From contig CAWWAG010000008.1 of assembly GCA_963934845.1 (NCBI GenBank), positions 10,358-74,357 of the forward strand: 64,000 nt of DNA, given 5' to 3'. The notes beneath the pieces were generated by a model. The model did not search any database. It had not been told where the DNA came from and worked only from the letters and a program-made list of their open reading frames with translations. The translations under genes and the position numbers were made by a program. Within the stretch, counting starts at the first letter, position 1, and every line of letters starts with the position of its first letter. The stretch comes from an uncultured Halioglobus sp. (GTDB lineage: Bacteria > Pseudomonadota > Gammaproteobacteria > Pseudomonadales > Halieaceae). Positions 28,917 through 37,500 of this stretch are shown in pieces.

Positions 28917-31619
28917 GTGGCCCTCAGCCTTTACGACATCGCCCCGCTTGAAGCGCTTATCGGGCAGGGCTATACCCTACTCACGCCCAATTTTCGCTTG
29001 GCACGGCGCATAAAAGCAGAATGGGATGCCCAGCGTATAGCGGCTGGAGAAAGGGTGTGGGAGCCCCTGTCAGTCAAACCTCTGGAAGTCTGGCTGCTGG
29101 AGCAGTGGCAGTTGGCTGTTAGCAATAATCTGGTGGCACCTATTTCACCGCTTACCACCGCCCAGGCACTTGAACTCTGGCGGCAGGTTATCAATCAGCA
29201 ACAGAGCCAATCCGCTGACTTTCACCTGCTGCGACCCTCGGCGGCAGCCGACCTCGCCGCTCAGGCTCGCGAAACCTTATTGCGCTGGCAGGTTGATACA
29301 GGCGCCCGTGATATCAGGCCCTTATTTGAGCTGGACAGGGACTGCAGCACATTTTTGGAATGGTTGGACCTATTTAACGCCCGGCTGAAAAAAGACGGTC
29401 AATGCACAGTGGTCGATTGTCTGGCACAACTGCCCGACCTCAGCGGACGCCTGTCGACAACCCGGGTGGTATTGGTGGAGTTTGATCTGCTGGCACCGCT
29501 GCTGCGCGCCGCGTTGGAAGCACTCTGTGTCGAGGTGAAAGATGTTAGCCCGGTGATCAGGGGCGAAGATCGTCTGATGCATCCATTCAACGACAAGCGG
29601 GCAGAACTTCAGGCGGTGGCTAGCTGGGCTGCCGACTTACACCGCACCCGTGCGGAGACAACCATTGGTATCGTACTGAGTAATATGACAGCAGACAGAG
29701 TGCCTCTGGAGTATCTGTTGCGGCGGGAGTTTGATTGTCTGGGCCACAACTACGCCAGTCTGCCGGTTAACTTCTCCACGGGTATTACGCTCGATCAGGC
29801 ACCTGTGATACGCGATGCCTTGGCAGCACTGGCCATGAGTTTACAGCAGTCTACGATTTCTGCCGTGGAGGGGTTGATGCGCTCGCGGTTTGTCGACCTA
29901 CCTGATGCGCAGAGCGCACTCGCGCAGCGCTTTGTCCGCCAGCTTTATGGACAGGGTAGGGCGGTGGTGTCGATTACAGATTTACGTAACGATGCCAATG
30001 CGGTTCAGCTGGACGGCGAGAGAGGACTGCGACTGGGGCAATATCTGGAGACAGTGTTCGGAATGCGAAGCTTGCGTCACAAGGCGCAGCCCTCTGTATG
30101 GATGGAACACTTCAGCGAGGTCTTGAGTGTCTGGGGTTGGCCCGGTAACCAGACGCTTGATACCCTGGAATACCAGCAGTTGATGCTGTGGCAGCGCACC
30201 CTCGAAGAATTCGGGGCCTTCGATAGTGTTTGCGGCCCTATGCATTTTGGTGAAGCACTGGCATTGTTGCGCGACTGTTGCCGCCGCCAATTATCCCAGC
30301 CGCAGACCGCAGACAGCCCAATACAAGTGCTGGGTCCACTGGAAGCTGCCGGCTTGTCATTCAAGCACCTTTGGCTGTGCGGTATGCAGGGCACAAGCTG
30401 GCCGGCATCACCCCGTCCGAGCCCGTTTATTCCGCTCGCGCTACAAAACCGATTGCACATGCCGCATGCCAACCCCGAACGAGAGTGGACGTTCGCCGAG
30501 ACGCTGATGCAGCAATATGTTCGGACCAGCCAAATCGTACACGCCAGTTATTGCCGGCAGGTGGAGGGCGTACCGGAGCCGCCAAGCGCTCTGCTACAAG
30601 GATTTACGCTTGAGGCAATGCCAGAGCGCCCACTGATCGCGTCACAGTGGCTGCAGAGTCATTCTCACAGGACCATGGAAACGGTGGCGGATCACCATGC
30701 GAAGCCCCTCGATGTAGCGCAGCAATTCGCAATGAAAGGTGGCAGTGGCCTGCTGGAGGATCAATCGCAATGTCCTTTTCGAGCGCTGGCTCGCCATCGA
30801 TTGCAGGTCGAGCCGCTAGCAACTTTTAATGTGGCTTTGTCTGCCGGAGAACGCGGTTCGCTGTTGCACGAAGCCCTGAACAGGCTCTGGGACGAACTGC
30901 GCGACGCTGCGACGTTACAAGCTTTGGATGACGCGGGGGAAAAACAACTTGTTAAAAGGGCTGCCCAGGCCGCGATAGCAAAGGTACCGAGGCATCAACA
31001 GCGCAAACTCGGCGCTGGCTACTGGCGACTGGAAGAGCAGCGAATAATCTCACTACTGCATGAGTGGCTGCATGTTGAACGCCAACGCAGTGCGTTCATC
31101 GTCGCGGAACGGGAACTGGACATGACGCTGGAGCTGGCGCAATTACAGATCCGCTTGCGTGTCGATCGTGTCGACCAGTTGCCCGATGGATCGCGCGTGA
31201 TCATCGATTACAAATCGGGTAGAAGTAGCGTGCAGGACTGGTTGGGTAAAAGACCGGCCCGGCCACAACTTCTGCTGTACAGTATTGTCGAGCCGAAGTC
31301 GGTTGCAGGTCTGGCGTTCGCCACGGTACGACCCCGTGAATGTCGTTATACAGGTCTGGGGCGCGTTGCAGCGGCACCCGGAATTACCACTGATCTGGTG
31401 CGCGTTGTAGATCCAGCGATAGGCGTGAATAACTGGGCGGAACTTAATGAATCCTGGCGCAAGACCCTTGAACGTCTGGCGCATGAGTTTGTGGCGGGCG
31501 ATGCACAAGTCGACCCACTGACCCCCACAAGTTGCACCTGGTGTGGATTGCAACCGCTGTGTCGTGTCGACGATTGGATTGATGAAAACGCCGAGCTCAC
31601 ACAGGAAGTGTCAGAGTGA
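28917..31619 (+). CDS. AddB-like PD-(D/E)XK nuclease subunit with Fe-S cysteine staple (inactive-helicase-like N-terminal region)
   Basis: Nuclease motif VIIDYKSGRS, plus Cys ligands QCPFRAL and C-x2-C-x5-C (SCTWCGLQPLC), as in AddB and Cas4. No Walker A motif. The start is placed at GTG 28917 with AGGAG 6 nt upstream; the track ORF starts at TTG 28872. It has a GTGA overlap with the next gene. Confidence 0.7.
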   Translation: MALSLYDIAPLEALIGQGYTLLTPNFRLARRIKAEWDAQRIAAGERVWEPLSVKPLEVWLLEQWQLAVSNNLVAPISPLTTAQALELWRQVINQQQSQSADFHLLRPSAAADLAAQARETLLRWQVDTGARDIRPLFELDRDCSTFLEWLDLFNARLKKDGQCTVVDCLAQLPDLSGRLSTTRVVLVEFDLLAPLLRAALEALCVEVKDVSPVIRGEDRLMHPFNDKRAELQAVASWAADLHRTRAETTIGIVLSNMTADRVPLEYLLRREFDCLGHNYASLPVNFSTGITLDQAPVIRDALAALAMSLQQSTISAVEGLMRSRFVDLPDAQSALAQRFVRQLYGQGRAVVSITDLRNDANAVQLDGERGLRLGQYLETVFGMRSLRHKAQPSVWMEHFSEVLSVWGWPGNQTLDTLEYQQLMLWQRTLEEFGAFDSVCGPMHFGEALALLRDCCRRQLSQPQTADSPIQVLGPLEAAGLSFKHLWLCGMQGTSWPASPRPSPFIPLALQNRLHMPHANPEREWTFAETLMQQYVRTSQIVHASYCRQVEGVPEPPSALLQGFTLEAMPERPLIASQWLQSHSHRTMETVADHHAKPLDVAQQFAMKGGSGLLEDQSQCPFRALARHRLQVEPLATFNVALSAGERGSLLHEALNRLWDELRDAATLQALDDAGEKQLVKRAAQAAIAKVPRHQQRKLGAGYWRLEEQRIISLLHEWLHVERQRSAFIVAERELDMTLELAQLQIRLRVDRVDQLPDGSRVIIDYKSGRSSVQDWLGKRPARPQLLLYSIVEPKSVAGLAFATVRPRECRYTGLGRVAAAPGITTDLVRVVDPAIGVNNWAELNESWRKTLERLAHEFVAGDAQVDPLTPTSCTWCGLQPLCRVDDWIDENAELTQEVSE

Positions 31620-34600
31620 GTGACGTGGTAGACACCCCCGCACGCATTGCCGCTATAGACCCTATCACCAGCGTGTGTGTCAGTGCTCCAGCTGGTTCCG
31701 GCAAAACAGAGTTGTTGATTCAGCGTTACCTGTGTTTGTTATCCCGCGTGCAGCGCCCCGAGCAGGTACTGGCGATCACTTTCACCCGCAAGGCGGCCGC
31801 CGAGATGCGCGAGCGAGTCATGCAAGCTTTGCGAGACGCCCTGGCAGGCACCGCTTGTGACAGCCCGCATCAGCGGGTTACCCGCGCATTGGCAGATCAG
31901 GCGTTAGTGGCTGACCAGCGCGGCGAGTGGCAGTTGCTGGGAAATATTTCCCGCTTTAATATCAAGACGATAGACAGTTTCTGTGCCGGATTGACGCGCC
32001 AGATGCCTGTATTGAGTCAGTTTGGCGGTCAGGTCAATGTCAGAGACGATGTGACTCCGCTGTACGCGGAGGCGGTGCAGGAGTTGTACAAACTGCTGGA
32101 GGGGGATCACCCGATCGCCGCAGATCTGGCGGCATTGTTGCGGCACTTTGACAATAACTGGGAAGGTTTGCAGACACTGCTCGTGTCGATGTTGGCGCGC
32201 AGAGAGCAATGGCGCGACTACGTGGGCGTGCACCACGCCCCACAGCAAGCCGAGGCCTACCTGGTCGCGACAGTCGATGCCATGATAAGCAGTGAACTCA
32301 ACGAAGTGTCGCAATTAATCGCACCACACAATGTAGACTTGCTGGAACTGCTGCAGTTTGCCGCCGAAAATCTTGGTGGATCGGCACCAGAGCAACTTCC
32401 TGGTACAGCCTCAAATGCGCTGTACGCCTGGAGCAACCTTCGTAATATGTTGCTTACCAGAAAGGGTGACTGGCGCAAGAAGATCACCAAGGGAGAGGGT
32501 TTTCCCACTGGCAGTGGCCTACCGAAACGCCGTAAGACGCAGTGGCAGGAGCTAATTTTACAGCTGCGAGAAATAGACGGATTGCAAGCCAGATTAGAGG
32601 GTATTCAGTCGCTACCGGTGATTGCGGCCGATAGTATGTCATGGCAACTGGTATTGCATCTGTCACGATTGCTGCCCACGCTGGCGGCCCAATTACTGCT
32701 AGTTTTCCAACAACACGGTGTGGTTGATCACAGCCAGGTTGCGCAATCTGCGCTGCTCGCACTGGGTGATGATGATGCACCAACAGAGCTGGCTTTGCGA
32801 CTGGATTACCAGATCGAGCACATCCTGGTAGACGAGTTCCAGGATACGGCGATAACCCAATACGAACTCCTGCATAAACTGACTCGCGGCTGGGGTGAGT
32901 ACAACGAACAGAACCCGCTAGCGCCACGCACAATGATGATTGTCGGTGACGGCATGCAGTCTATCTACAGTTTTCGTGGGGCCAATGTCGGGCTATTTCT
33001 CAAGGCGCGGCGCGAGGGCTTCAACGGGGTATTGTTGCAATACTTAAAGTTGCGCTGCAACTTCCGCTCGGAAAAAGGTATCGTGGATTGGGTCAATGAG
33101 ACCTTCACACTGGCTTTCCCCAAATCGAATGACGTGTACCGATCGCAGGTACGCTACAGCCCGGCGACCGCAGTAAGGCCTGCGTGCAATGAGCCGGCCG
33201 TCCACATGCGGGCTTTTCGGGGAGACAATGCACGCGCGCAGGAGGTGATATTCATTGGCCAACAGGTCGCCGATTGTATTGAGAGTGGCGATGAGAGCAT
33301 TGCCATTCTCGGGCGGAGTCGCAGTCATCTGCAAGCTGTTATCAAACACTTGAAGGCGGCGGGTATCGCGTATAATGCGCCAGATTTGGATAGTCTCGCG
33401 CAGTCGCCGGTGGTCGCCGATTTGCTGACTCTGTGTAGAGCTTTAGGTAGCGATGCAGATCGCCTCGCCTGGATGGCGCTATTGCGGGCGCCCTGGTGCG
33501 GCCTGAAACTGGATGATTTATTGTCTGTCGCGCACGGCGGCGATGCGGCCCCTTACACGCCCGTTTGGAGCATTATTGAGCAACCGGATTTTCCGGGTAC
33601 GCTGAGTGAAGAGGGGAGGGATAGATTGTGGCATGTTTTACCGGCGCTTCGTCAGGCTCGTGAAAAACGCGACAGGCTCAACTTGCGGGTCTGGGTGGAG
33701 CAAGCCTGGATCGAACTAGGCGGCCCTCAGTGCGCGCCCGACGTCGACAGCTTGCTGGACGTCGAGAGCTTTTTCCAGTTGCTTGAGTTAGCGGAAACAG
33801 AGGGCGTGGGACTTGATTTAGACTGGCTGACCCTGCGTTTGCAGAAACGCTTTATGAATGCGGGCAACGCGGAAAGTAATGTACACCTGCTAACACTACA
33901 CAAAGCCAAGGGACTGGAGTTTGACAGAGTCATCATCCCGCAATTGGATCGCTTGCCCCGCAGTGATGGCCGTGAAATTTTGCTTTGGGATGAGCATAGC
34001 AACGCCGATGGACAGCGTTCCTTCTTGTTGGCCGCCGACGATCACAGCGCAGCACATAGCCCAACCCTCTACAATTATCTGCAGCTACAGCGGCGCCAGA
34101 AGTTACTGCTGGAGGCCACGCGGCTCCTCTACGTCGGTGCTACGCGAGCAATTCGTCATCTATTGCTCACAGCAACTGTAAAATGGGATGACAAGACGGG
34201 GCTGCCCCGCGCTCCATCTGCACCCAGCCTGTTGCGGCCGATATGGACAACCTTTAGTAAACAGATGACTGTGGCCTCTCCCATTGAAGTGCAAAAACCG
34301 ACCACTGCTGCTGATCGCACGCCGCGCCCGCTGCTGCGAATGCAGCGAGTGACCCCTCCTCCAACAATCGGCACTACCGTTACGCCTTTGTCCGCGGCAG
34401 CCAATCGGCCTGTCACTCCTTCCACGAATGCCAGGGAGCGCAGCATAGGCACTGTCGTTCATCAGGCCCTGGAGGAATTGTCACGCTACACTGCTCTGCC
34501 AGTATCTGTCAGCGATAGGGATTGCCAGCGCTGGCGTATGGCGCTGCAACGTGAAGGATTGCGAGGGGAGCCCCTCGATGCTGCGCTGCAGACAGTCCTC

Positions 34601-34996
34601 GGTGCTCTCATAAAATCACTTCAAGCGGATAGTGCAGGGCGATGGGTGCTGGCTCCGGAACATAACCAGGCGCACAGTGAGTGGCCCCTGACCACCGTCG
34701 ACAGGCAGGGTCACATACGGGATATTATTATTGACCGCTGTTTCATCGATACATCAACCGGCGTGCGTTGGGTAGTCGACTATAAAAACAGTTGCCCTGC
34801 GCCCACAGAGTCGTTCGATACTTTTGTGGCGCGCGAGAGCGCCACTTACTTCGAACAATTGCGAGGTTATCGTGATGCAGTGCGGTTTTTGGGCAGGGAA
34901 CCGGTACGCTGTGCTCTGTTTTTTACAGCTCTCGGGCAGTTACATATTGTTACTGAGCTGGATTTACCAGGCCAGGACGCCGGAGCCACACTATGA
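31616..34996 (+). CDS. AddA/RecB-like UvrD-family helicase with C-terminal PD-(D/E)XK nuclease
   Basis: 1126 aa with Walker A SAPAGSGKTELL, Walker B LVDEFQDT, and C-terminal nuclease motif RWVVDYKNS. Confidence 0.8.
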   Translation: MSDVVDTPARIAAIDPITSVCVSAPAGSGKTELLIQRYLCLLSRVQRPEQVLAITFTRKAAAEMRERVMQALRDALAGTACDSPHQRVTRALADQALVADQRGEWQLLGNISRFNIKTIDSFCAGLTRQMPVLSQFGGQVNVRDDVTPLYAEAVQELYKLLEGDHPIAADLAALLRHFDNNWEGLQTLLVSMLARREQWRDYVGVHHAPQQAEAYLVATVDAMISSELNEVSQLIAPHNVDLLELLQFAAENLGGSAPEQLPGTASNALYAWSNLRNMLLTRKGDWRKKITKGEGFPTGSGLPKRRKTQWQELILQLREIDGLQARLEGIQSLPVIAADSMSWQLVLHLSRLLPTLAAQLLLVFQQHGVVDHSQVAQSALLALGDDDAPTELALRLDYQIEHILVDEFQDTAITQYELLHKLTRGWGEYNEQNPLAPRTMMIVGDGMQSIYSFRGANVGLFLKARREGFNGVLLQYLKLRCNFRSEKGIVDWVNETFTLAFPKSNDVYRSQVRYSPATAVRPACNEPAVHMRAFRGDNARAQEVIFIGQQVADCIESGDESIAILGRSRSHLQAVIKHLKAAGIAYNAPDLDSLAQSPVVADLLTLCRALGSDADRLAWMALLRAPWCGLKLDDLLSVAHGGDAAPYTPVWSIIEQPDFPGTLSEEGRDRLWHVLPALRQAREKRDRLNLRVWVEQAWIELGGPQCAPDVDSLLDVESFFQLLELAETEGVGLDLDWLTLRLQKRFMNAGNAESNVHLLTLHKAKGLEFDRVIIPQLDRLPRSDGREILLWDEHSNADGQRSFLLAADDHSAAHSPTLYNYLQLQRRQKLLLEATRLLYVGATRAIRHLLLTATVKWDDKTGLPRAPSAPSLLRPIWTTFSKQMTVASPIEVQKPTTAADRTPRPLLRMQRVTPPPTIGTTVTPLSAAANRPVTPSTNARERSIGTVVHQALEELSRYTALPVSVSDRDCQRWRMALQREGLRGEPLDAALQTVLGALIKSLQADSAGRWVLAPEHNQAHSEWPLTTVDRQGHIRDIIIDRCFIDTSTGVRWVVDYKNSCPAPTESFDTFVARESATYFEQLRGYRDAVRFLGREPVRCALFFTALGQLHIVTELDLPGQDAGATL

Positions 34997-35583
34997 GACA
35001 GTTGAATAATCACCCTGTTAATCGCATCGCCATTCTGATTGGGGTCGGCGTGTCCGCAGAGTCAGGGCTGGCAATATTCCGGGATTCGGATAGCCTCTGG
35101 GAAAAGCATGATCCTATGCGGATTGCCACGCCAGAGGCTTTCGCGCGGAAGCCGGCGCTGGTCTAGCGATTCTACAATGCACGCAGGAACCAACTCCAGG
35201 ATGCTTATCCTAATGACGCCCATAGAGCACTCGCCGGCTTACCAGTAGAGTCCCCTGGTGACGTATTCCTGGTGACCCAAAACGTGGATAATTTGCATGA
35301 GCGAGGCGGCAGTGAGCAGGTATGCCATATGTATGGCATGTTGAGACCAGACATAGTCTGGTTTGGAGAACTGCCCTACCACATGGAAACCATTGGAGCG
35401 AAGCTGCGTACCTGTGACCTGTTTATTGCGGTGGGCAGCTCAGGTGTCTTCTATCCGGCGGTGGGGTTTGTACAGGAGGCGCTGGCAGGCGATGGACAGA
35501 CGGTAGAAGTTAACAGAGAATTAAGCGAAGTGACGGAGGTTTTCACCGGCAACGCAGAGGTGTGGCGACGAAGTAAGTCGTAG
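34993..35583 (+). pseudogene. cobB: NAD-dependent protein deacylase (CobB / Sir2 family) pseudogene
   Basis: A single reading frame shows CobB-like sequence end to end (..VSAESGLAIFRDSDSLWE.., RFYNARRNQLQ, LVTQNVDNLHERGG, IVWFGELP, FIAVGSSGVFYPA). It is interrupted by an in-frame TAG at 35164-35166. The catalytic His is replaced (HMYG instead of HMHG). The roughly 35-aa Cys4 zinc module between HG and RP..VWFGE is missing. Confidence 0.75.
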
Positions 35584-35595
35584 CATTGGTGGGGG

Positions 35596-35636
35596 AACTA
35601 CTGGCTGATTGAGTGCTGCGCTATCGGCCAGTAGTT
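35596..35636. repeat. 10-bp perfect inverted repeat between convergent genes (possible terminator)
   Basis: AACTACTGGC (35596-35605) and GCCAGTAGTT (35627-35636) are separated by 21 nt. No U tract. Confidence 0.3.
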
Positions 35637-35652
35637 TAGTTACAGCAAGCTG

Positions 35653-36246
35653 TCAGGACTTTTTCTGTAGCGTTACCGCCATTGAGTCGGTGAATACCAC
35701 CACGATTTGCTGCGCAACCGTCAAACCAGTCAGCTTTTCAGGTTCTACCTCCGAGATGAAATGCGCCGCGCCTCGAGAATCTGTGACAACGACGATGCCC
35801 CTTGCTGTGTCTACCCCTTCAACGGTGACGACAGCGCGCACCAGGCGTGCTTTTTCTACACCCAGATCATCACCTTCCCCGGTGAGCGCACCCTCCTCCA
35901 GCACATTCCAGGGTTCTGCCAGATCTGCTTCAGTGGGTGACCGCAGTTCTATCTCTACCGAGGCGGAATAGGAACCGACTATACTGTCGCCGACATTGAG
36001 ATCTGCCAGGTTGATAACGCGCTCTGGCACGTACACACGAAACTGAAACATGCCTGAAGTTAATGCGATTTCGCGAGTCTGCTGGTCTACTGCTACGACC
36101 ACGGCTTCAATTTCCAGTCCCACCGCGCGGCTTAGCGCATCTGTCTCCCCCACAGCTTCCTGTGCGCTCACTGGCACAATTGATACCAGTAGAGTAATCA
36201 GGGCTCCACTAATAGTGTTTACGAGATTGTTCATATTGATATTCAT
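35653..36246 (-). CDS. secreted hypothetical protein with two tandem similar domains
   Basis: The start is placed at the internal ATG, giving signal peptide MNINMNNLVNTISGALITLLVSIVPVSAQE. The two halves share a pattern (AVVVAVD..EIAL...V.PE....L.VGD.IV and AVVTVEGVD..GIVVV...V.PEKLTGL.V.Q.IVV). No family was recognised. Confidence 0.55.
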   Translation of the reverse strand: MNINMNNLVNTISGALITLLVSIVPVSAQEAVGETDALSRAVGLEIEAVVVAVDQQTREIALTSGMFQFRVYVPERVINLADLNVGDSIVGSYSASVEIELRSPTEADLAEPWNVLEEGALTGEGDDLGVEKARLVRAVVTVEGVDTARGIVVVTDSRGAAHFISEVEPEKLTGLTVAQQIVVVFTDSMAVTLQKKS

Positions 36247-36339
36247 GGTCAGGCTCCTTTTTACTGCTGAAGACTGCTCAGATTCGAACAGTTGCCACAA
36301 CATACTACCAATGAGGCGCACAAAGCAATGTGCAGAGGA

Positions 36340-37479
36340 TCAGCCCATATGTGCCAACAAAATATTAAATTTTGCATTGCTCGCGCACTTTTCTACCTTC
36401 GCAAACGTCTGCCGTAGTAGCGACTGGTAGTCGAGGTGCCTATTCGCCACCAGGAGCAGGCGGCCGCCGCCAGAAAGATGGCGACTGCATTGATTGAGGA
36501 GTCTGTGAGCGGCAAATGGATTCACTGTGTGCTCCTGATGAAAAGGCGGATTGCATAAGATCAGCTGGGCTGCTTTCCCACAATAGCGCGTTAGTCCATC
36601 GCCATGATGGAACTCAAAACTGTGGCTCCCCTTCGGAAATATTCGGGCGGCATTAGCTCGAGCGGAGGCTACGGCCATGGCCGATTCATCGCAAAAAACC
36701 AGCTGCTGTGCGAGTCCCTGTTTTATTGCGGCAAGACCCAGAACACCATTGCCGCACGCCAGGTCCACGACGGTTTCTGCCGATGCGACACGGTGTAAAT
36801 GCTCAAGCAGGAAGCGAGAGCCTATATCCAGCTTGTCGCGGCTGAACACATTGGGCAAGCCCTGTAGTTCTGCACCCAGCGGCGCGCAATAATACATTGC
36901 GTTTACATTGTTACAGTTTGTCACGGGTCTGTCGTCCCTCACGGCACTGAACAAGCGCGCCTTGCGCCGTCCGGGATGCCGCTGTGTGGGCCCAATGTAA
37001 CGCTCCAGAATTTGCGCAGCATGCGCAGACAGGTGCTTGTCCATGCCGCCGGCCAACACGGTTGCGCCCGCTGGCAGCCAAGAGGCGAGTTGGGATAATT
37101 GATACTCGAAAAATACCCGTTGCTTGGGAATGCGAAACACCACCAAAGAGGGCGTCGATACGGGTATTTCAGTGCTCCAGAACACCGGTGTTTCGATGCG
37201 GGAGTTGGCGCGCTCATTGTGCCGCAGCGCGAGAACTGCCAGCGCAGAATCGGTCCATAGGGCCTGTGGTTGTAGCGCGACGCAAAGGGCGCCATGCGCA
37301 TCATTGACGACGACTATTTCTGAACCGGGTACCTCACGACGGCTCACCTCTTCGAGCGCAAGCGAATCGGCAGCGCACCACGCGAGTAAGTCTTCATCAA
37401 CTCTGGCAGCATAGCGGGTCAGGTGAAAGACGCCAAATGATGACTCAAAATACGGTTTGTCTGTTGTTGCGGCCATCAA
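36340..37479 (-). CDS. rlmG: 23S rRNA (guanine-N2)-methyltransferase RlmG-like
   Basis: 379 aa with a two-domain methyltransferase layout like E. coli RlmG. SAM motif VDLACGNGVLG and catalytic NPPFH are present. Confidence 0.75.
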   Translation of the reverse strand: MMAATTDKPYFESSFGVFHLTRYAARVDEDLLAWCAADSLALEEVSRREVPGSEIVVVNDAHGALCVALQPQALWTDSALAVLALRHNERANSRIETPVFWSTEIPVSTPSLVVFRIPKQRVFFEYQLSQLASWLPAGATVLAGGMDKHLSAHAAQILERYIGPTQRHPGRRKARLFSAVRDDRPVTNCNNVNAMYYCAPLGAELQGLPNVFSRDKLDIGSRFLLEHLHRVASAETVVDLACGNGVLGLAAIKQGLAQQLVFCDESAMAVASARANAARIFPKGSHSFEFHHGDGLTRYCGKAAQLILCNPPFHQEHTVNPFAAHRLLNQCSRHLSGGGRLLLVANRHLDYQSLLRQTFAKVEKCASNAKFNILLAHMG

Positions 37480-37500
37480 TAGTTGGATAGCACCGGCGTA

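Noticed and set aside
35039-35248. 69-aa plus-strand ORF inside the cobB remnant
   Set aside because: It is in a different frame from the CobB-like sequence and has no similarity to anything recognisable. It is a by-product of the decayed gene.
28872-35583. Helicase-nuclease pair plus a Sir2 gene read as a Sir2-based anti-phage defence system
   Set aside because: The Sir2 ORF aligns along its length with housekeeping CobB rather than with ThsA, DSR or SIR2-HerA-type effectors, and it is a pseudogene. The upstream pair has canonical AddAB architecture. No other defence genes, mobile-element markers or compositional break were seen.
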